From Patescibacteria group bacterium (GTDB taxonomy: Bacteria > Patescibacteriota > Patescibacteriia > XYB2-FULL-38-15), in assembly GCA_041650995.1 (NCBI GenBank), contig JBAZJZ010000001.1:427302-491301 (forward strand): a DNA stretch of 64,000 nt, given 5' to 3'. Shown piece by piece: positions 51,107-60,000 of this stretch. Position numbers and translations under genes: made by a program. Positions within the stretch are counted from its first letter, which is position 1, and each line of letters begins with the position of its first letter. The notes beneath the pieces are model-generated. The model made no database searches and had not been told where the DNA came from. It worked only from the letters and a program-made list of their open reading frames with translations.

Positions 51107-51745
51107 TTAACTTACAATAAACATCACAATCGCCGCTATAAAAAGAAATCCCGAAAATAATCCTAAAAATGAACACCCGATGGAAATAAACACTCCGGCA
51201 AGAAAACCTGAGGCTTTTTTTGCGACCTTAGCCGCCTCTGCCGCTTTTTCCGAAACATCAAGCATTCCTTTTCCTCCGCCCCCTCCGGCTTTGGCAATTT
51301 TTTTCTCTTCTTTTTTAGCTTTCTTTTCCATCGCTTCTCCGGCCATAATAGTTGCCTGCGAGGCCATTGAAGAAAAAATTCCGATAATGACGATAACAAT
51401 GCCGATTAATAAAAGCGGCAAACCAAAAATCAAACCGATTATGGATATTCCGGCTCCCGCGCCAAAAGAAATAAGAATTCCGCCAATCCGCCGCAAAAGA
51501 AAAGACGCCCCTTTCCCTACCTCTCCGGCCTTTTGAATCCCTTGCCCGATTTTTTTCTCCGCCGCGGCTTGAGCTTTTTTGCCTGAGAGCGATGCCTGCG
51601 CCACCTGTTCATCTTCGGGCGATTCTAACGTTTCCGGCTCTTCGTCCAGCTCCTCCTCCGGCGCTTCTTCATCCGGCTGATTCGACGAAGCAACTTGCGC
51701 CTGGCGCAGTTCATTTTGAAAATCTTGTTCTTCGAAATTTGCCAT
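51107..51745 (-). CDS. hypothetical membrane protein (212 aa)
   Basis: Likely start is ATG 51745 (MANFEEQ); acidic N-terminus then TMs. The track extension to 52402 overlaps a + strand gene. Confidence 0.65.
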   Translation of the reverse strand: MANFEEQDFQNELRQAQVASSNQPDEEAPEEELDEEPETLESPEDEQVAQASLSGKKAQAAAEKKIGQGIQKAGEVGKGASFLLRRIGGILISFGAGAGISIIGLIFGLPLLLIGIVIVIIGIFSSMASQATIMAGEAMEKKAKKEEKKIAKAGGGGGKGMLDVSEKAAEAAKVAKKASGFLAGVFISIGCSFLGLFSGFLFIAAIVMFIVS

Positions 51746-51842
51746 GGGAAAGGGATAAGTAAAAATTGTCTGCGATGATTTCCGCAAACTTTGAATTATT
51801 TTATTATAACACAAAAACTCCCGATTTGGGAGGTTAACATTC

Positions 51843-51965
51843 CTTGACAAAACCTTGAAAATAAGGTATATTAAAAGGTGTTTTAAAGCTTGGGCGAAAG
51901 GGCGTAAATAGCGCTTTTTCGCTTGGGCTGTATAGCCCCAGACACGGAATGAGCCGTGTTTGAAA
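51843..51965 (+). promoter_or_regulatory. promoter plus structured leader, copy 1
   Basis: TTGACA (51844)-17 bp-TATATT followed by three hairpins; 5 differences in 123 bp versus 53286-53408. Confidence 0.75.
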
Positions 51966-52027
51966 CAAAAAAATCCGCCGAAGAGGCGGGAAAGAAGAAT
52001 CCGCCAGAGGCGGAGGAGGGATTGACA

Positions 52028-52494
52028 ATGAAGAAGTTCTGGATGGTGACGATGATCGCGATCCTGTTCGGTCTCACGACGACCGGCTGCCCGGACGGTG
52101 ACGACGACTACGACACGGATGCGGACATGGACTCCGACAGCGATGCCGGCTCCGACGCGGACGCCGAGACCGACACGGCCGAGGACGGCACGACGGACGA
52201 GACCGCCGACTGCCCGAGCGTGGCTGGCGAGTGGGCGTTGACATACCACAGTGATGCGACGGGTTTCGATGAGCACTACATCCTCACGCTCGAACAGAGC
52301 GGCTGCTCCTTGAGTGGCTACGACGATGATGGCGGTGCGTTCTCCGGCACCGTCAACGAAGACGGCTCTCTCTCTGGCGCGATTACGGTGGTACCCGTAC
52401 ACTGACTGGCAATCTCGTGAGTCCTCCTCGACTGGAGGGAAACTGGACTTCTACGGGGGGTGGATACGGCCAATGGTGGGCCGATCGCCAGTAA
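52028..52494 (+). pseudogene. acidic lipoprotein A, frameshifted at a (CT)5 tract (uninterrupted ORF ends at 52405)
   Basis: GGAGG site before ATG 52028; lipobox-like LTTTGC; DxD repeats. Homology to lipoprotein B continues in another frame from 52375 to TAA 52494. Confidence 0.75.
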
Positions 52495-52498
52495 TGCC

Positions 52499-52542
52499 AA
52501 AGCCCCGCAAACTGCAAAGTGCAGAATGCGGGGCGTTTTTTT
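52499..52542 (+). terminator. intrinsic terminator
   Basis: GCCCCGCA ... TGCGGGGC stem followed by GTTTTTTT. Confidence 0.7.
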
Positions 52543-52558
52543 ATCTGAAAATATTTTA

Positions 52559-53119
52559 TTATTTCGGCACAACTATGACACGGCCAGCGAAGGATGTCCA
52601 GTGCGGTTGGACATCACCGATGTCACAATCACTCAGATAACACCCTCTTCCCGTCCCCGTACAATCTCCATTACACCACCCCCAGTTGTCAGTAAGCTGA
52701 ACTCTTGGTTTGAAGACGCAGCAGGAGCCGTTGCCGGCAATAGCGCCATCTACGTTTTCAGGGCAAACTGCGGCGAAACAGTTGGAGTCTGAATCAGAAA
52801 CACAGGCGCGGACAGTACTCGCGGCGTTAGAAGGGCATTTATAAGTATGGGTAAAGTAGAAATAATCATCAGTGCAGGCACGATCTTCGGAATGGGCAAA
52901 ATCTGAGTTATCACAGGCATCTTTGCCAAGATGGTTTTTGTAGCGAGCGTTTCTTGTTCCGGCGATATCGCTATCATCATTCCAGTCGACTTGAACGGAT
53001 CTGATCGGACCGGTATCTTTATCGGCCGTGCCGAAGAATTGCATGGTGGCGACGTATTGGCCGCCGTAACTAACGACATTTTTAGGTTCTGTAGCACCGG
53101 ATGCGGTAAAGCCAAAGCC
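52559..53119 (-). pseudogene. orphan 5'-truncated copy of the giant protein's C-terminal domain
   Basis: GFGFTASGATEPKNVVSYGGQYVATMQFFGTADK...VIVVPK* aligns with GTGLTPSGASEPVNVVGYGGELYAVMQFFGTADK...VIVVPR*. Homology extends upstream of the only ATG (53044), and there is no signal peptide. Confidence 0.8.
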
Positions 53120-53132
53120 GGAGATAAAAATT

Positions 53133-53274
53133 TTCCCTCGCCCCTTGGGGGAGAGGGTTAGGGTGAGGGGTTCCGTAAGACGACCGTTATCTTTTTGGGA
53201 TATAATGATATATAATGAAGAAAAGGGATACTTTCATAACTCCCCTTAATCCCCTCTTACCTTAAGAGGGGAAA
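53133..53274. repeat. REP-like palindromes at the unit junction
   Basis: CCCTCGCCCC-TT-GGGGGAGAGGG-TTAGGGTGAGGGG and TCCCCTTAAT-CCCCTCTTA-CCT-TAAGAGGGG. Confidence 0.6.
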
Positions 53275-53285
53275 CGTCAACGGGT

Positions 53286-53408
53286 CTTGACAAAACCTTG
53301 AAAATATAGTATATTAAAAGGTGTTTTAAAGCTTGGACGAAAGGGCGTAAATAACGCTTTTTCGCTTGGGCTTTATAGCCCCAGACACGGAATGAGCCGT
53401 GTTTGAAA
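53286..53408 (+). promoter_or_regulatory. promoter plus structured leader, copy 2
   Basis: TTGACA (53287)-17 bp-TATATT; near-identical to 51843-51965 (offset 1443). Confidence 0.75.
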
Positions 53409-53492
53409 ACAAGGGTGTTATTCCCTGAGCGACGCGCAAGCGGAGTCGAAGGGAGGCCTTCGACAAGCTCAGGCCATAACTGGAGGAAAGTC

Positions 53493-53963
53493 ATGACGAA
53501 GTTCTGGATGGTGGCGATGATCACGATCCTGTTCGGTCTCACGACCGGCTGCCCCGACGGGGACGACGACTACGACGCGGAAATGGACGCCGACAGCGAT
53601 GCCGGCTCCGACGCGGACGCGGACGCCGATCCCGACACGGCCGAGGACGGCACGACGGACGAGAGCACGGCCTGCCCGAACATCGCCGGCGACTGGGCGC
53701 TGACGTACCGGAACGACTTGGGTTACGAAGGATACTACACCCTCACGCTCGAGCAGGACGGATGTCTTGTGATTGGGTTGGATGACCTTTGCGAGTACTC
53801 CGGCACCATTTCGGAGAGTGGCTACGTTTCACTTTTCCGAGATTGTGCTGCTTCCGATCGTACGATCACCGGCAACTTCACCCAGACCCCCCCCCGCATG
53901 GAAGGATTGTGGGATGAATCGGAGGGAACTTCCCACGGCACATGGTGGGCTGATCCCCAGTGA
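53493..53963 (+). CDS. acidic lipoprotein B (156 aa)
   Basis: GGAGG site before ATG 53493; MTKFWMVAMITILFGLTTGC lipobox-like signal; DADAD linker; beta-rich C-domain; paralog of lipoprotein A. Confidence 0.8.
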   Translation: MTKFWMVAMITILFGLTTGCPDGDDDYDAEMDADSDAGSDADADADPDTAEDGTTDESTACPNIAGDWALTYRNDLGYEGYYTLTLEQDGCLVIGLDDLCEYSGTISESGYVSLFRDCAASDRTITGNFTQTPPRMEGLWDESEGTSHGTWWADPQ

Positions 53964-53970
53964 ACCGAAA

Positions 53971-54023
53971 CCGGCGACGCGAACTTGAACACCTGTTCAG
54001 GTTTGCGTCGCCGGATTTTTTTT
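53971..54023 (+). terminator. long hairpin terminator between lipoprotein B and the giant gene
   Basis: CCGGCGACGCGAACTTGAACA-CC-TGTTCAGGTTTGCGTCGCCGG followed by a T run. Confidence 0.75.
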
Positions 54024-54044
54024 CTTTTCGTAAATTTTTTTCTA

Positions 54045-57000
54045 TTACCTGGGTACTACAATGACCTTGCCGGAAAAATATGTCCAATGATTTATACCCG
54101 ATTCTCCTTCCCGCTCTGGAGAGCACTCTGAATCATAACACCCATTCACTCTTCCAGTACAACTCCCATTACACCAACCCCAGTTGTCAGTAAGCTGCAC
54201 TCTTGGTTTGAAGACGCAGCAGGAACCATTGCCGGGGATAGCGCCATCTACGTTTTCAGGGCAAACCGCGGCGAAACAATTGGAGTCTGAATCAGAAACA
54301 CAGGCGCGGACAGTGCTCGCGGCGTTAGAAGGACAGTTATAAATATTTGTAAAGTAGAAATGGTCTTCAGTGCAAGCGCCGGTTGAATGGGCAAAGTCTC
54401 TATTATCACAACCTTCCCGGCCAAGATGGTTTTTGTAGCGGCCAGTGGTGGTGCTTGAAGTGCCCGGACCGGCGTTCCAGTCTACAACCACCTTGGTGAT
54501 AGGACCCGCGTTTTTATCGGCTGTACCGAAGAACTGCATAACAGCGTAAAGCTCTCCGCCATAGCCGACGACGTTTACTGGTTCGCTGGCGCCGGACGGA
54601 GTTAAACCCGTGCCGTCTATCCCGTTTACGGAAATCCCTTGAATTAAATTAGGCCCTTCCTCCATTAAAGGTTTGCACTTGTCGCCCTGGCAGTCGGTGA
54701 TGGGCCAAATTTGTGGCGGAGAGGGCCACGCAGTTACACCAGCCGGTAACGCTCCGCTCTTTGAAGTATCTGTAATATCGGCTGGCGGAACATCGGAGCC
54801 TGAATAAACGGCCGTTAAACTATCCCACGTAAATAATCCGTAACGTTTGGCGAAAAGCTGCCTGATTCTTTCGTGTGCCGCTCGGCTTGTTTCTTTTTCA
54901 ACGCTGCCAGCCGGCTCGCTCCCCGCCTGGACACAAACGCCGCTAATACAATCAAAATTACGGCACTCTTCATGAGTGGTACACTGACGCGGCAAAGCCG
55001 TTCCTCCAATTGTTTTACACTCGCCAATTGGCGCTGAAGGGCTATAACCGGCAATAAAATTACATTCTCTTACCAAATCACCAGTAAAATCTGAATCAGC
55101 TAAAGGCGTGCTTGCCTGACAATAACCTCTGCCCGTGCTTCCACCAAAGACGCATGGACCCATGGCTCCGCATTCTGCGTCATCAGCACACGATTTATGA
55201 CACTGGACATTGCCGCAAATCCAATTACGCGTGCAATCTTCCGCCACCCTGCATGACGTTCCTCCTGCTGCCGGAGAACGATAGACGGAAGTGTAAGACC
55301 TATCTTCATTTGGCACAGTCAAACCAACACCTTCTTCCGGATACTTTGTAAAGCCAGACGCCGGGCAACTTAAATCAGGATTTGTTAAACTAATTGTCAA
55401 ATTATCTGTATCCTTTCGGCAAGTAGGAATAGTTAAGAAATCATTTAACGGGTCGCTGCTGGACGCGCCAAAAGGTCGGGGCTCTACATCATAAAAATAG
55501 CCAAGCAAAGATTGATACGGATCGGCGACCACTGGGTGTCCGCCATCTTGCCAGATCCTGTCAGTCCACGCCTTATTTGCGTCTCTATCACTCGTGCCCG
55601 CGACTTGATAAAAAACCTTGCAACCAATGAACGGGTCTGAATGACTGGCGTATTTGCGGTATCCGGCCCCCTCTTCAACGCCGCCTTCTCGGCGACAATC
55701 TTTAAACTGATCAAAAGTCTCGCGTAAATTATCAACATAATAAACTTCTAAACCATTGCTATTTATGCGATCTGCAGCGCGAGTTAAATTACAGCTTGAA
55801 TCATCTGGCCGCTTTGAATTTTTTGGCACGCAACGATACGGACAATCATTATCTCCTATATCTTCTTCACACCATCCTTCGTATTCGCAATGAGTTATTA
55901 AAGCAAAATCATTTACCGGATCACATTGTGTTATGTTTTTAGCGCAAGCTCCTAGAGCTTCGCCTCGTTCAGCATGGCAATAGCAATCTTCTCCTCCGAC
56001 ACAACCGCTATATCCTCCTAATTCCGCACATTCACGATCATCTTCACTATCAAAACCAACCGGACTTAAATTTCTAAAAACACCGGCCTCTAAACAATAA
56101 TATTTATTTCCCAACGGGAACCCTGCTGTTTCATAATTATTATATAAATCTGGCATGCCGGGAATTTGATCCATTGGATACCAAGTAAGACAGGCCAACT
56201 GATCCGGCTTCCCGTTAATTGAAGTTGATGTATCGCGTTCTAAACAAAATCCACTCCAGCCAAGAACAACATCTATTTTTTCAGCGGAATAACATTTGCC
56301 ATCGCCCAGGCACTCACTATCATCGGCACAAGTTTTACCCGGCTCTTTTCCGCCTACACAAATACTTGGCAAAGAAACGTTATCTTTATCAAAATATTTT
56401 GTTAACGCGCCACTACCATAGCTCGCTTTCTTGTATGAACATTCACAATCTTCCCCATTTTCGCAAATATTCGCGCCGCTAAACCCGGGTTGTTTACTCA
56501 AGGGCGACCAATTCTTTACTACGCTATTTGGAAAAGGAGATGATTGTTCCGGATAAGCGCGGCAGGAAATTTTTTCCGCGTTTTCCTCGGTCATCGCCAG
56601 AAGCGCGCCTGGCGCGAATGGATCACCGCGAAAATTAGTTATACAAATATTGTTGAAGCATTTACCATTATCACCGCATCGTGAACCATTTGTCTCGCTA
56701 GCGCAAAATCCCGGAGGATGCGTGGCACAAGAAATAACGCTACCAGCGGCGTCAAAACAGCGATCGTCAACAAAACCCAAGGTCTGGACTGGACTTTCTT
56801 CTGTGCCAATATTTACCGCGCGCAAATCAAATGCCTGATATTGGTTATAAATTGAATCGCCCGAATAATCCATTCCCTTGAAAGTAACGTCACGAGAAAC
56901 ATACAAATCTTTACTTAAAATCTTGCGCGAGGTTTCCGGCGTAAAATTGGAATCAGTACATTGCGCCGTAGCCTGTCCTACTTTTGCGTATTGTCGGCAA

Positions 57001-60000
57001 GATGTAACCGTATTGCACAAAACTTTCTGTCGTCCGGTTTGCGGATCAAAAGTTGAAGTCGTGCCAGAGCACGTCAGCCATTCCCCGCAAACGCGATCGC
57101 GGCGGACTTGGATAAGAGTGTTAGAGTCGTTCGGGTTAACAGCGATACGTTGTGGCCCGCCAGATGTATAAATAGAAGTTTGCCCCCTGTAAGTTATCCT
57201 GCACTCCGGGGCTGGTGAGCCTATCGGACAAGAAATTTGAACAACTCTCTGTCCTCCTAAATCAAAAGTGCTTAAACATCTCCAACCCGACGCGCCAGGC
57301 CTTGGTGCCGGATCGCCTGGGCAATCGGCGTCTGTATTGCAAGTGACACCCGAGATTTCATACGTATCCAAACTTGATCCCCTGATTGAGCCATTGACAC
57401 AAAGCTTACAATTTTGTTTTGTGCAATCAATCGGCGCGACTAACCCGCCCGGATCACCCGTTTTCTTTTCCGAGCTTAAATATGTCGCGTTGGCATTGTA
57501 AGTCAACTGCGGATTGCTTGTATCATTAAACAGAGCACAACCAGTTTTTTGCGAAGCCATGCCATTACAGTTCCCTGAACTGATTTTGTCATTCTTAATA
57601 TAATAATATGCCGCGCCTAGAGGGTCATCTGAAGTATCGGCCGGATCAACAAATTTTGTGCACCGGTCAGCCTGCGGAATACACTCGCCTACCCAACCGG
57701 AGTACGGGCAGGATCGTTTGTTATAAGAAACTGTGCAAGTTGTTCCGGTCTTGCCGGTAGCCCCGGCTGTACCAACAGTGCAAGCGCAACCCGCGGTATT
57801 CTGGCAAACGTAAGGCAGGCTGCAATTTGCGTCGCCATTTTTCCAAATATTGTAATACCCGCCGCTGAAATTCGCCGGATCGCAAGGTTCAAGCGGATTG
57901 CTTCCCTTTTTAAACCATCCGGAAACGTTTTGTCCGCTGACCGTCACATTATCTTTCCATTCACAAAGCCGAACGCCCGGATCTTTAAAATACATTTTTC
58001 CGCCGTCGGTCGTGGTGTATTCTTCACAGGACAAAAACCCGACTTGACAGAGAATTCTTCCCGTCGGGGAATTATAAAGCGCCGGATTGGCCAAGAGATT
58101 GACGGTATCATACTGCGGTTTGCCGTCATCCCCCACCTTCACGTTTCCGGCGGCGTCCAAGGTCGGCGAACCAAATTCAGCGCAACCTTTATTTTGCGCG
58201 GCGCATTTATATTCGTCGTTTACCACGATGTATGCGTAGGAATCCGTCGGAATCGTAACATTGTCGGACAATCTTTCTTCTTCCGAAAGAGCCGGCTCGC
58301 TGTCATTTTCCGTATTGAAAGTTTCCGCGGTCGCCGAGGTGTTATTATTAGTTTTTAATAATTTCGCGCAGCCGGCAGCGTCGGGCGAACAAAGCCTTGA
58401 AAAAGATTTTAGATAATGCAAACCATTCGCGCGATCATAATAACTTGCGCAGCCAAGCTGGGCTTGTGGCAAAAGCGCGGAAATAATACACTCACTGCGG
58501 TCTGAACTCCACGAACCCCCGGCAGTAGCGCAATCTCCTTGATCAGCAATTGAAAAATCAACCGCAAAAGACCGATCACAGGAAGCTGGCGTATTCCATG
58601 AATTTTTAACCACGTAAATATACGACTGAATTTCTCTCAAAATAATATTATCAATATAAACTGGGGTTGTTCCGCCCACCGAGGCAATCCGCAAAGTTTC
58701 ACCTCCGCCGGCAACACTCCAATCAACATAAACCGGACCGAGCGAGAAATATCGCCAGTCAAAAGAAAGATTTGTCGGACTCTTGGTCGCTGAACTAAAT
58801 TCTTTGCCGGAAGACGTGGCGCCCAAAAATTTAATATCTAATCTGCTATTTCCTTTAGCCCAGAAAGATAAGGTGTAAAGGCCATTCTGTCTAACCGCGG
58901 AGCCCAAATTTTTATCTAGTGTTCCCGTAGCGCCAAAGGATAAGGACTTCCCGCCGACAACAAGCGATTCAGAACTTATAACCGGCAAATCTGCTTCGTC
59001 CCAGTTGGCTATTGAAGAATCATCAAAATTATCATTTAAAATCACTGCCGTATTTGCTCCGGCATTGCCGCGATAAGCTCGGCAACCAACTGCTTCGTTT
59101 GAACAAGTACGAGACTCGGGCAAATAAACATTGTAAGCACACTCACTTTTTACCGCATCCCATCTTCCGCCCGAAGTTCCGCAATCAGCCGTGCTGGAAA
59201 TTGTTTTGCGGTACGGGTGGCAATCGTCCGTCATGATAATTGTTTTTGAATACAACCTATAATGTTTCAATCCGGCAGAATCGTAAAATTCACGGCAATC
59301 AGGATTAATTAAAGAATCTGCCTTGGTGCAAAGACCAACAAATGAAGCGCTGTCGCAAGTTAAACCGTCCGAGAGAAGCGCGGTGCATGGAGGAACTCCG
59401 CCACTCGGATCGCTATCCGGGGTCGTGGCTCCGCCCATCTTCAAATTCCAAGTTTTCAATTGATAACCGGTTGTGTCGCTTCCTTCCCAGGTGTAGAAAG
59501 CCGCTCCTGTCGCGCCGGGTTTTTCGCAGCGGCGAATCACGCTGAAATTTGCCACGGCTTCGTTTTCCAAACTCGTGAACTGATCGCAGCCAACGTCCGC
59601 GGCGTTACAAGTTCTGCCTGTCGTCGGGATAAAATAAACCGGGAATTTATCTTGTTCAAAATCAGTCGCGACTTGTTTAAATGTTTGATAGCCAACGCAT
59701 TCGGCCGGGCAATAATCATCCGGATAACTGGCTACGCCCGGGACAGACGGGTCGCCGTTTGTCGGACGGAATTCGTCACAACCCACGTCTTTTTCTTCGC
59801 AGGCTTTGGCGTAATTTTGGCATTGTTCGGCGTCGTTTGTTTTATTCAAGGCACCGGTTGAAGTGTAGTCATAACAAGAGTAATAATCTGGCGCGGCTTT
59901 CAAATAAAGCGCTTCGCCGGTTCTTCCCCAGCCTTCGTGGTATTGCGAAGCAAAAAATCCCTCTTCAAGTTGCACGGCGTCAATCAAACATGGAGCAGAT

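Noticed and set aside
51746-52402. N-terminal half of the 431-aa minus-strand ORF 51107..52402
   Set aside because: It is the antisense shadow of the GC-rich lipoprotein A gene and its promoter; a credible start lies at 51745.
53246-53542. ORFs 53246..53542 and 51883..52077, which resemble each other
   Set aside because: Their similarity comes from reading the duplicated promoter/leader block antisense, and they have no independent coding evidence.
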